DNA of 64,000 nt. It comes from Nitrospinaceae bacterium (GTDB lineage Bacteria; Nitrospinota; Nitrospinia; Nitrospinales; VA-1). Numbering within the stretch: position 1 is the first letter of the stretch; every line of letters begins with the position of its first letter. Both the position numbers and the translations under genes were made by a program. The notes under the pieces were generated by a model. That model saw only the letters and a list, made by a program, of their open reading frames with translations, was not told the DNA's origin and did no database searches. Below are positions 31,876-41,063 of the stretch, piece after piece. The stretch covers positions 1-64,000 of the forward strand of contig JBHHVU010000007.1 of assembly GCA_046754465.1 (NCBI GenBank). The letters run 5' to 3'.

Positions 31876-32017
31876 TCCTTCCAAGGTTATATGAAAATCT
31901 TACTTCAGTTTGAAAGGAAAATCACCTGATAAAGATGAATGGTGTTTTAAGGATCCATCCCGGGATTTCATGGGACTGAGTTCCCAAACAGGGACGGGGG
32001 GGCGACGGAAAATCGGG

Positions 32018-32083
32018 AAAAAAAAGGGGAACCCTCCGCCCTGAAATGGAGGAGACCGGATTGTTTCAGGGGGAGCGGTTCCC
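32018..32083 (-). terminator. Rho-independent terminator downstream of the small Zn-ribbon ORF
   Basis: Minus strand gggaaccgctccccctgaaa...tttcagggcggagggttcccc followed by T8. Confidence 0.65.
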
Positions 32084-32183
32084 GGTATTCATTTTTTGGA
32101 AAGAAGTAGATTCTTTTTCAGGATCGGAATGCTTTTCAAACTAAAAACCGTGACCTTCTCTCTCTAAAATACCCACGCTCATT

Positions 32184-32501
32184 TTAAATGGCTGGTGGAT
32201 TCCCTCCTTCGGGGGGGGTCGAAGGGTCCCTGGGGACCGGGCCGGAGTCATGAAGGGTGGTGAAATCGATCTTGAACAGGTTTTCCCGGGACGGGTGTTT
32301 TTCGTTATCGTGTTTGCAACTCGGGCAAAGGTAGGCCGTGGGCCGATTGGATTCTGATTTGCACTCCCAACCCCTATATTTAATTTTTTGTATGAATTGT
32401 TGTCTGCGCTCATAAGAGTGATGGTCCACACTGGCCCGCAGGGTGGTGTCGCAAAAAGGATTGTCGCAAATCACCAAGTATTGTGTGACCTCTTTAATCA
32501 T
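32184..32501 (-). CDS. Small hypothetical protein with putative zinc ribbon (CDNPFC...GW...CPSC)
   Basis: 105 aa, SD-like AGGGGG upstream, two Cys pairs, terminator downstream. Confidence 0.6.
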   Translation of the reverse strand: MIKEVTQYLVICDNPFCDTTLRASVDHHSYERRQQFIQKIKYRGWECKSESNRPTAYLCPSCKHDNEKHPSRENLFKIDFTTLHDSGPVPRDPSTPPEGGNPPAI

Positions 32502-32639
32502 AATTTTTGCCCCCTAACCTGTTACGTTAAAAAATTCGCGGAGAGAAACCAGGCCCGCCATTTTTTCTCCGTACCGCTTCCTTCTTAGCTGCGCAACTTA
32601 TGGGAAATTATTTTTCCCGAATCCCCAAGGCTGTTTTCA

Positions 32640-32661
32640 AAATGTGATGCAGATCATATTT
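32640..32661. promoter_or_regulatory. CRP/FNR-family binding site
   Basis: AAATGTGA-tgcaga-TCATATTT, one mismatch to AAATGTGA-N6-TCACATTT, about 140 bp upstream of ORF 32501. Confidence 0.65.
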
Positions 32662-32968
32662 ATCTATTAACACTCGTGGAGACGAGTTTATCAATACCTC
32701 AAACGGCGTATATTTTTCAAAGGGATGAAAACCTTTGATAACGCGCCGATTCGGGCGGGGAAAAAGTTCCGGAGGCAGGCAAATTGTGGAAAATAGGACA
32801 GGGGATTTGATTCATTGAAGGGAAGGGGGAGGGATGCCTGGCATCATCGGCGGGGCGGCTGCGTTCCAGATCAAATAATCTTTAAAGCCTACAATCCGTC
32901 GCACCGGGAAAAATAAACGAATGAGGGAAAGACGCGGCTGGGACCAAAAAAGATTGAATCGGGAACCT

Positions 32969-33166
32969 TCAGTTTTCCTTGCGGCGGGGGATGACCCGGT
33001 AAACCCTGACGGAAGCGGGACAGGGGGCCAAGGGGGCGTGGGAATTCTTTTTAGCCAAAAGGGGCGATATATGAAACCGGTGCCAGGACCGGAGGGTTAG
33101 GACAATGTAGCCGAGTCCTAGAACGAACATGATGGATGCGTAAATTAAAAGAAGGGGAAACATCAT
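32969..33166 (-). CDS. Small single-pass membrane protein (65 aa)
   Basis: SD AAGAGG before ATG 33166; hydrophobic N-terminus MMFPLLLIYASIMFVLGLGYIVLTL and basic tail. Confidence 0.5.
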   Translation of the reverse strand: MMFPLLLIYASIMFVLGLGYIVLTLRSWHRFHISPLLAKKNSHAPLAPCPASVRVYRVIPRRKEN

Positions 33167-33337
33167 AAAGCCTCTTAATGAACCAGGGCCGGGAACGGTT
33201 GCAAAAAAGCATCCCGCGTTCTCTTTTGAGTTCGCGGGGGTTGGAGAGCAGACACCCCTTCCCACTCCCCCCCGGCCCGGCAAAAGATTCATCCCGCAAC
33301 AGCCCTATCGCAATGTGTGGTATTTACCTATTGATAA

Positions 33338-33354
33338 AGCAAATTATGTGCCAA
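33338..33354 (-). promoter_or_regulatory. Sigma-54 (-24/-12) promoter
   Basis: Minus strand TTGGCAC-ATAAT-TTGCT matches consensus TGGCAC-N5-TTGCW exactly. Confidence 0.75.
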
Positions 33355-33818
33355 ATGCCCACGAGACAAAATGACCGGCCAGGGGGCATATAACTTTAGA
33401 TAAACAAAGGATTTCACACTTTGGCTGAAAAAACTCCCCTCTGCGTCGATAGGTGCCAAATTATTGAATTAATGGATTTTTGACGGTTTTCTTGCCAGGA
33501 AATTATCCGCTGAAGAGAAAAATCCCTGAAAAAATATGGTGAGCGCTCCTTATTTGTGTTTCACTTAGGACCATATACATTTTACACCCGGAACCTTACG
33601 GTAAATCCTACCTCATTGGGGCAGTCCATGGTGTTGGGACTCATGGCTCCCAAAGCCACCCGCTTGAGATACTAAAAGGAATTATTTGCCAATCAACCTG
33701 GAGGGGTGGGACCAAGGAAAATTGTCGAAAGGTCATGATTGACTGTTTATCCTTCACTTTTTTAACCGGCTTGCCTAAATTGCTTGGCGGCTAAAACTAA
33801 TTGGAATGGATCGAAACA

Positions 33819-35108
33819 ATGAACTGGCGGGTATTCTGTCGTAAAGGTTTTTTGAGTCTTATTTTGGGTGTTTGGGTCTTGGGTTTTTCCGGCCCAGCTT
33901 GGCCTCAGGATGAATTCGATTCCGGTTCGGGCCAGCAAGCCGCCCCAAGCCACGAGGATTTAAACCAAAAAATATTGTCTCTCTACCGTGAGAGCAAGTA
34001 TTCCGAAGCCATCCCCCTGGCGCTGGATCTTTTGAGAAGCAGGGAAGAGAGGCTGGGTCCAGACCATCTCACTGTTGCCGTTTCTCTGCACAACCTGGCC
34101 AAGCTGTATAGCAAGTTAGGCGAATTCTCCGAGGCGGAACCCCTTTTTAAAAGGTCGTTGGAGATAAGAAGGAAACAATTGGGGGACGGCCATCCCCGCG
34201 TGGCCAATGCCTTGAACAGCCTGGGAGATTTGTACCGGAAGATGGGCCGTTACCAGGAAGCGGAATCCTATTATAAAAACGCTTTGGCTGTTTTGAAAAA
34301 GGCTTTGGGACCCGAGGACCCGATCGTCGCCAATACCCTCAATAATCTGGCGCTGGTGTATTATCAGATGGGGCAGTATGAAAATGTGGAGTCTTTATAT
34401 CAAAAGTCCCTGGAAATCTATGAGAAAACCTTGGGGCCGGACGATCCCAAGGTCGCTAATTCCCTGAATAATCTTGCCGAATTTTATCGAAAAACAGGGG
34501 ATCTTGACCAGGCGGAATCCTTTTATCTTGAGTCCTTGCATATCCGGGAAAGGGTGTTGGGCAAGAACGACCCGAAGGTGGCTTCTTCCCTGAACAATAT
34601 CGCGGGTTTGTATATCAGCAAAAAAGATTACGCAAAAGCTGAGGTGTTGTATCTGAAGGCGATAAAAATAAAAGAAAAGACGCTGGGACCGGACCATCTC
34701 AGTGTTGCTCAATCCCTGAACAATTTAGCGGAATTGTATCGAAAGATGGGGTTTTCGGAAAATGCGGAACCTCTCTTGCAACGGTCGCTGGTGATTAAGG
34801 AAATGTCCTTGGGGTTCGGGCATCCCTCGGTGGCGACCGCCCTCAATAATCTCGCCGGATTGTATTCCTCCATGGGAAAGTATGCGAAAGCGGAACCCTT
34901 TTATACGCGGTCCCTGGTCATCTGGGAAAAAACCCTTGGCCCCAACCATCCCAATGTGAAAGTGGCGCTCAATAACCTCGCCATCCTTTACCGGAAATTG
35001 GGCGATCCTGAAAAAGCCGCGGAATTTCTTCGGCGGTTGAAAAAACTGAAGGAGAAAAAATCCGCCGTCTCCCGGGAAACCGCGCGGGGTATCAGCGCGG
35101 AAAAGTAA
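33819..35108 (+). CDS. Secreted protein with 42-aa TPR (kinesin-light-chain-like, TPR_10/12) repeats
   Basis: Signal peptide then about 8 repeats of LGPDHPxVAxSLNNLAxLY. Confidence 0.9.
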   Translation: MNWRVFCRKGFLSLILGVWVLGFSGPAWPQDEFDSGSGQQAAPSHEDLNQKILSLYRESKYSEAIPLALDLLRSREERLGPDHLTVAVSLHNLAKLYSKLGEFSEAEPLFKRSLEIRRKQLGDGHPRVANALNSLGDLYRKMGRYQEAESYYKNALAVLKKALGPEDPIVANTLNNLALVYYQMGQYENVESLYQKSLEIYEKTLGPDDPKVANSLNNLAEFYRKTGDLDQAESFYLESLHIRERVLGKNDPKVASSLNNIAGLYISKKDYAKAEVLYLKAIKIKEKTLGPDHLSVAQSLNNLAELYRKMGFSENAEPLLQRSLVIKEMSLGFGHPSVATALNNLAGLYSSMGKYAKAEPFYTRSLVIWEKTLGPNHPNVKVALNNLAILYRKLGDPEKAAEFLRRLKKLKEKKSAVSRETARGISAEK

Positions 35109-35150
35109 ACCTCCGGGGCCTGCCCCGCCGGTAATCCCCAGATTCAAGGA

Positions 35151-35378
35151 TTACATTTTCAGCAGATCCTTGGTGAGCGAATCGATATCAAATTTTTTTT
35201 CGACCTTTATCGAAATTTTGTCTCCCACTCCCATTCCGGAATCCTGAAAATCCGAAAGACCCAAAGTCAATTCCACGTGTTCCTCCGATTCAGAAAGCCA
35301 AATGGTGACGGCCCGAAATTGATGAGCCCGATTGGGGGGGCAGGTGACTTCAGTGATTTCTCCATCCAGGGTAATCAT
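35151..35378 (-). CDS. Small hypothetical protein (possible OB-like beta fold)
   Basis: 75-aa ORF with SD-like GAGG upstream and beta-strand pattern ending GMGVGDKISIKVEK. Confidence 0.6.
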   Translation of the reverse strand: MITLDGEITEVTCPPNRAHQFRAVTIWLSESEEHVELTLGLSDFQDSGMGVGDKISIKVEKKFDIDSLTKDLLKM

Positions 35379-35708
35379 GACCGGGGGTCCTCTCTTTCCA
35401 ACGGCAAGTTACGGTTAGTTTGGGGTTGGCTGAAAATTCCTGGAAGCGCCGCCATGGACATTCTATCCACCAGGAATTCCATGTGTGTATAGAAGTGGAT
35501 GATAATTCAGAGGCGGGGATTCATTTTTCTTCGGACTCCCGCAGGTCCTGCGTCGGAATACCGCGGGTTTCATGGAAACCTGGCGAAATAAAGACCCAGC
35601 CCCTTGTGGAAATTCGATTGAGGAATAGAAAACAATCGGCAGGAAGATCCGGTAAAGGAAAAGACGTCCTTGAAGGAAACAGGAATAAACCCTCCATGGA
35701 AGAGAGGG

Positions 35709-36344
35709 TTATTTCAAATTCTGGACCAGCCAGATATGCGGTTTTTCCAAATACGTATGGAACCAGAAAATGGCATTGATGTTGAAATGAACCAGCCAGG
35801 CGGCCTTGTCCCCTTCCTGACAGGTTTTTTTCTGGTACCTGTCAACGATGAACGAAACTTGATCGCAGGTGGTGGTGGTCCAGTAATAGTGTCCAATGCC
35901 GTCATCAAACATCGGATCGATCCAGGCCTTTTTACCACTGGCGTTAACGATCCTTTTGTTGTAAACCAGGGTTTTCAGCTCCGCCAGCGTGGGAAGCCGC
36001 CATCCATCCCTGCCGGCCTCCTGGGCCGAACTCGCGGTTGCTTTGGCATCTTTCAGATTGATTTTGATGAGAATCCCTTTTTTGAGCCATAGCAATTTAT
36101 TTACAGTATCCGTGACAGTTCCATCCCCATTGTCCACGAAATTGGGAGGTGGAAGGTCCTGGACGGTTTTCGCCGAAACTTTTTTGCATTCCGCCAGCAA
36201 CGAGCCCGCATTAGGACATTTGTCCAAAATAGCAAAATGACCCAATTTCCCCAACATTGCGCAAACTTCTTCTTTAGTGCAATTGGCGAACAGAGAAAGT
36301 GGATTTGATAAAAGGATTGCTATTGCTAAAAGAAGGACACGCAT
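35709..36344 (-). CDS. Secreted DUF1566 (Lcl C-terminal) domain protein
   Basis: FVDNGDGTVTD..LLW, WRLPTLAELKTL, YYWTTT, AWLVHF; SD GAGGAGG before GTG. Confidence 0.85.
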   Translation of the reverse strand: MRVLLLAIAILLSNPLSLFANCTKEEVCAMLGKLGHFAILDKCPNAGSLLAECKKVSAKTVQDLPPPNFVDNGDGTVTDTVNKLLWLKKGILIKINLKDAKATASSAQEAGRDGWRLPTLAELKTLVYNKRIVNASGKKAWIDPMFDDGIGHYYWTTTTCDQVSFIVDRYQKKTCQEGDKAAWLVHFNINAIFWFHTYLEKPHIWLVQNLK

Positions 36345-36555
36345 TTTATACCTCCTCTAAAACGGATATTCGCCAATTGGATAATGATTCCAAAAAGAGT
36401 GATCTTCACAAATCCAGGAATTTTGCGGTCATGGGGGGTGGAATCTTTCAAAGCATACTATATTTTCTATTGGATAGAAATATTATTGTGGCACGAAATT
36501 ATCCTCGCGGAGTGTTTCGCGTTCAATGAAGTACGAAAATAAGGGGGGATGGGTT

Positions 36556-37545
36556 ATGAAAAAAATAGTGATTCGCCGGACCGGAAATCCCGCTGTCCTG
36601 GAAACGTTGAATGTGCCGGAACCGGTTCCGGGGGAAAATGAGGTCCTGGTCGGGCTCAAGGCGGTCGGACTCAACTGGTCGGAGGTCATGATCCGGCGGG
36701 GCGACTGGCCCATCCCCATTGCCAACGGGTTCACCCCGGGTTGCGAAGGGGCGGGGGTGGTGGAGCAGGCCGGGGCGGCCGTCGAGGATCTTCACCCAGG
36801 GGACCCGGTGATCGTATTGGATTTTCTCGCCTACCTGGTGGAGGGACAGGGATGCTATGCCGAGAAAATCATCGTGTCCCGGGACAAGATCCTGAAATTT
36901 CCCGCCAACCTGGATTTTACGGAAGCCGCGGCCACGCCGATGGCCGCCCTCACGGCCTTTGACGCCCTCATCAATCATTCCCCCTTGCCGGAATCTGGCA
37001 CCATCGTTGTCACCGCCTGCACCGGCGCCGTGGGAATCGCCGCCCTCCAAATCGCCAAAAGGAAAAATCTGAGGGTGATCGGCACCACCCGGTCCGAAAA
37101 GAAGAAATCCTTCGTCCAGTCCCTGGGGGTCGAAGCCGTGGCGGCTCCCGGGCCGGGGGCGTTGAAAGAAAAAGTCGCCGGTCTCGTCGGGGAAAGCGGC
37201 ATCGATTATGTTTTCGATCCCGTGAACGGGGAAACGGCGTCCCAGCTCCTTTCCCTGATGAATTTCAACGGCACCTTTGTCGAATATGGCGCCCAGAGTG
37301 GCAACCAGTTCCAGGTTCCCCCGGAATTTCTTTTTCACCAGGTCCGGATTCACGGTTATGTCGTTCTCAGGAACCTTGAGAATCCTGCCACCCTGCAGTC
37401 CGTTTGGAACGAGGTGTTGCCGCTGATCGAAACCAGGGACCTTGCCATCCCGGTGGCAAAAACGTTTCCCCTTGCCCAGGCCTCCCAGGCGCACCAGGCC
37501 TTTGAGGATCACAAGCATTTCGGGAAACTGGTGCTGGTTCCGTGA
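36556..37545 (+). CDS. NADPH:quinone oxidoreductase / zeta-crystallin-like MDR protein
   Basis: PVPGENEVLV..AVGLN, PGCEGAGVV, GAVGIAALQIAK, HFGKLVL. Confidence 0.9.
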   Translation: MKKIVIRRTGNPAVLETLNVPEPVPGENEVLVGLKAVGLNWSEVMIRRGDWPIPIANGFTPGCEGAGVVEQAGAAVEDLHPGDPVIVLDFLAYLVEGQGCYAEKIIVSRDKILKFPANLDFTEAAATPMAALTAFDALINHSPLPESGTIVVTACTGAVGIAALQIAKRKNLRVIGTTRSEKKKSFVQSLGVEAVAAPGPGALKEKVAGLVGESGIDYVFDPVNGETASQLLSLMNFNGTFVEYGAQSGNQFQVPPEFLFHQVRIHGYVVLRNLENPATLQSVWNEVLPLIETRDLAIPVAKTFPLAQASQAHQAFEDHKHFGKLVLVP

Positions 37546-37599
37546 TAGAGAATCGGGGTTTTACGGGACGCGTTATTTTTGAGGCGGGGGGACCGCCGG

Positions 37600-38430
37600 T
37601 CAGGCTTTTCCAAAAGCCGCTTGGTCCAGGGCAACCAAGGCTTCCAGGGCGGTCATGGATAAAAAATATTTGGTGCGGACGATGGAATTGGCGGAGGGGT
37701 CCAGGTTGATGTTGATCACTTTCGCCCCCTGCTCCATGAGGCGCAGGGCGATATAATCGTTGGTGGGAACGGCGCCGGAACTTCCCACCAGGACCGCCGC
37801 GTCCACCGGTTCCCTTAAGAACGCATCGAAATTTTTTTCCTGCTCGGGGTGCCCCGTGTATTCCCAATCGCCGAACATCAGAATATGCGGCCGGGCAACC
37901 GTCCCGCATCGTGGACAATGCGGGTACCGCGAAGCTTTCATGGTTTCGGCGTCCAGTTCGCAAAGGGGAACCGCATCCTCCTTCCAGAATTCCTGAGTGC
38001 ACCCGTCCAGGCACTGCAATCGCCACATGGAGCCGTGAATTTCCATGATTCGTTCCGGGGGGCATCCGGAACGCAGGTGATACCCGTCGGTGTTGGTCGT
38101 GTGGATGAAGGCCTCGCCGAACCTCTGCGTCATCCACCGGTTGATGATGTGGTAGCCCTCGTGAGGCTGATTTTCCCAGGCGTTCCGGCGGCGCCATTCA
38201 TAAAACGCCCATGCGTGTGGGAGCTCATTGCGAAACGCCCAGGGGCTGGCCAGGTCCTGCGCCTCGAGGTTTTTTTTTCGGAACGGTGGGAAATTTCTCC
38301 AATACCCGTCCTTGTCGCGAAAGGTGGGGATGTTGGAGTCCGCGCTCATCCCGGCGCTGGTGAGAAATATCACCCGCCGGGATTCATCAAGTATGCGGGC
38401 GGATTGACCGAGGGTGTCAGGATTCTCCAT
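37600..38430 (-). CDS. Sir2-family NAD-dependent deacylase
   Basis: SAGMSADSNIPTFRD, TNTDG, EIHGS, CLDGC..CPRC, RPHILMFGD, VGSSG. Confidence 0.88.
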   Translation of the reverse strand: MENPDTLGQSARILDESRRVIFLTSAGMSADSNIPTFRDKDGYWRNFPPFRKKNLEAQDLASPWAFRNELPHAWAFYEWRRRNAWENQPHEGYHIINRWMTQRFGEAFIHTTNTDGYHLRSGCPPERIMEIHGSMWRLQCLDGCTQEFWKEDAVPLCELDAETMKASRYPHCPRCGTVARPHILMFGDWEYTGHPEQEKNFDAFLREPVDAAVLVGSSGAVPTNDYIALRLMEQGAKVININLDPSANSIVRTKYFLSMTALEALVALDQAAFGKA

Positions 38431-39073
38431 TCCATTCCCTGAAAAATTGGTGCAGGTAGTGTTCCATGAACCGGTGCCGCTCCGCGGCCATTCTTTTGCC
38501 CGCCCGCGTATTCATCCGGTCCTTCAGCAACAGCAACTTTTCATAAAAGTGATTGATGGTATGGCCCCGGTTATTCTTGTATTCCTCGAAACTTTGGTGC
38601 ATCTCTGGTTTCTGGTCCGGATGATACATGAGCCGGTTCTTATGTCCCCCATACGCGAAGGCCCGGGCGATTCCCAAAGCCCCGATGGCGTCCAACCGGT
38701 CCGCGTCTTGAACCACCTCGCCCTCCAGGGTGTGCATGGGGGTGCTCACTCCCGCCCCCTTGAACGAAAGAGTAGCGATGATTTCACAGACCCGGTCCGT
38801 CGTGTCCGGAGGGGTTCCGATTTGTTTCAGCCACTGCCGGGCCTGCCGGGGTCCTGCCGTCTCGTCCCCATCGTGGAACTTCCAATCCGCAATGTCGTGG
38901 AGAAGGGCGGCCAGTTCCACGATGGTTCCATCGGCCTTTTCGATTTCAGCCAGTTTCCTGGCCGTCCGCCATACCCGGAAGACATGCCACCAGTCGTGGC
39001 CTGAACCTTCGTCGGAAAGGACGGATTCCACATGGGCCCTGGTTTTTTCTATGATCCCGTTTTTTGAAGTCAT
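38417..39073 (-). CDS. HD-domain phosphohydrolase (YpgQ/YedJ-like)
   Basis: GHDWWHV, LLHDIAD, VQDADRLDAIGA, HFYEKLLLLKDRMNT. Confidence 0.92.
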   Translation of the reverse strand: MTSKNGIIEKTRAHVESVLSDEGSGHDWWHVFRVWRTARKLAEIEKADGTIVELAALLHDIADWKFHDGDETAGPRQARQWLKQIGTPPDTTDRVCEIIATLSFKGAGVSTPMHTLEGEVVQDADRLDAIGALGIARAFAYGGHKNRLMYHPDQKPEMHQSFEEYKNNRGHTINHFYEKLLLLKDRMNTRAGKRMAAERHRFMEHYLHQFFREWNGES

Positions 39074-39248
39074 ATAATCGAGTCGTACGGTTATTTAAGA
39101 GGACCTCTAATAATTCGATATTTTTTTTCCAGGCAACTCGCCGGCCCTTATTCTATAAGGGCCGTTCATGGCCCCAAGCAATTTTTAGAGGCGCCCTTAA
39201 TTTAAAGGGCAGTTTATCATACAGGACCGGGTTTAAGGGAAATCCTAT

Positions 39249-39977
39249 ATGAACGAAAAATCTATTTTCACACAACTCCTGGCCGGAGGATTCACCCCCG
39301 GAGATTCGATGTTGCACCGGCTTTCCCCGGGCAAAAAAATCAGCCTCGCCCTGTTAATGGTTTGCATCCTGGGGTTGGGGCATTGGCCGGGAATCGCGGC
39401 GGTGGCCGCCGTTTGCCTGTTGGGTCTGATAGGGTCCGGTCTTCGGCCGGGAGGGGTATTCCGACGGTTCCGGTTTTTCCTGGGATTCCTGATCGCCGTC
39501 GGCGTTTTCCCCGTTCTTTTCACGCCCGGATCGGGGGCGGAACCGCACTCCGGGTTTCCCCTGTCCGTCACTTGGGAGGGGTTGGAAGCCGGAGCCCTGG
39601 CCACCTGCCGGTTGACGTTGATGTTCCTCGTCTCCATGATTTTGATGCATACGACTGCCCCCGGGGATTTGATCCGGCCGATGGAGGAAATCGGGGGGAG
39701 GTTTTCCCAATCCAGAGGGCCGATCGGGGAAATCATCACCGTGGGAGTCCTGGCCTTTCAGCTTTTACCCATTATTTGCGTGGAGACGGAGAGATGGTTC
39801 CATGCCCGGATCGGGAAAGAAACGATAAAAGGGAACCTTTTTAGGAAAGCGGGGCAGGTGGGCCGGCTTCTCCTGCCCCTGACGGTATCGGTTCTCAACG
39901 ATGCAGAACGATTTTCAAGACAACTGAAAATTCCACCTTCCCGCGAGGGGACGGGCGGCCCGGCGCGGCCCAATTGA
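39249..39977 (+). CDS. Energy-coupling-factor transporter transmembrane component (EcfT/CbiQ-like)
   Basis: PGDSMLHRLSP.KK N-terminus, multiple TMs, TTAPGDL motif. Confidence 0.72.
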   Translation: MNEKSIFTQLLAGGFTPGDSMLHRLSPGKKISLALLMVCILGLGHWPGIAAVAAVCLLGLIGSGLRPGGVFRRFRFFLGFLIAVGVFPVLFTPGSGAEPHSGFPLSVTWEGLEAGALATCRLTLMFLVSMILMHTTAPGDLIRPMEEIGGRFSQSRGPIGEIITVGVLAFQLLPIICVETERWFHARIGKETIKGNLFRKAGQVGRLLLPLTVSVLNDAERFSRQLKIPPSREGTGGPARPN

Positions 39978-40016
39978 TTCACTATCGTTCCGGGTGGAAT
40001 TTTCCGGTTTCGTCTT

Positions 40017-40706
40017 TTATCTGGGGCGGTGCAGGCCGCACTCCTTATGTTCCGGGTTTTCCCACCACCACCGTCCAGCCCGTATGTCCTCACCGGGGAG
40101 GATGGGCCGGGTACAGGGGGCGCATCCGATACTGGGAAAATTCTTTTTATGCAGGGGATTGATGGGGACCGAATTTTTTTCGATATAATCTTCCACCTGG
40201 GCGATTGACCAATCGGCCAGCGGGTTGATCTTGATCAGGGGAGGGTGGTCCGGGTCTTCCCCCACTTTTGGGGTTTGTGTCCGCGTGATGCCCTGGTCCC
40301 GGCGCAGGCCGGTGACCCAGGCGTCGAGGCCGGCCAGGGCGCGATTGAGGGGTTCGACCTTGCGGATGGTGCAACACTCCTTCCGGTTCTCCACACTCTC
40401 TCGAAAGGAGTGGAATCCTTTTTCTAAAACGAGACGTTCCACACTTTCCCGATTTGGGAAATAGGTCTGGATTCTTAAATTATATTTGCTGCGTGCCCGA
40501 TCCATGGTTTCATAGGTTTCTTCATGGAGCCGGCCCGTATCCAGGGTGAATAGGGTTATTTCGCCCTCCATTTTGGATATCATGTCTATGAGCACCATAT
40601 CTTCCATCCCGAAACTGGATGCCAGGCCCGCTTTGGTTCCGTAACGGTTCACAGTCCATTCCAGGATTTCTTTCGCCGATTTGGTTTCCATATCTTGTAA
40701 ATTCAT
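40017..40706 (-). CDS. cysH: APS/PAPS reductase (Fe-S-containing APS-reductase type)
   Basis: LDTGRL, ECCTIRKVEPL, WVTGLRRDQ, SIGCAPCT, RAGRWWWE..KECGLH. Confidence 0.93.
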   Translation of the reverse strand: MNLQDMETKSAKEILEWTVNRYGTKAGLASSFGMEDMVLIDMISKMEGEITLFTLDTGRLHEETYETMDRARSKYNLRIQTYFPNRESVERLVLEKGFHSFRESVENRKECCTIRKVEPLNRALAGLDAWVTGLRRDQGITRTQTPKVGEDPDHPPLIKINPLADWSIAQVEDYIEKNSVPINPLHKKNFPSIGCAPCTRPILPGEDIRAGRWWWENPEHKECGLHRPR

Positions 40707-41063
40707 GATAAAAAAATGATACCGCCTTTGTTCCCGATTTCCTGGAAATGACTCGTCCGGTAAAACGGGAGGAAGGTGATTCAGCCCGGAAATCGCCGCG
40801 CTTGAGAAAAGGCTAAATTACCAGAAACAAGGCGTTAGCCAGATTTTTTCCTTGACAGAAAAGAGGATTCTGTATATTAAAAATTATCTTCCCTGCCGGA
40901 TAGTTCCTTAATCTTTCATGATCTGGTTGAGAAATCAAGCGAATTACCTCTTGGGACATGGTTTCGGATTAACTTTATCAAGTCCTGGAGCAATGACCTT
41001 GAATTATTAAAATAACTGATTTGTTATTTCCGAAGGCCTCTGCCTGCTCCAGGCGCTCAGAAA

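Noticed and set aside
36489..36503. TGGCAC upstream of the quinone oxidoreductase as a sigma-54 promoter
   Set aside because: The -12 element reads TATC rather than TTGC.
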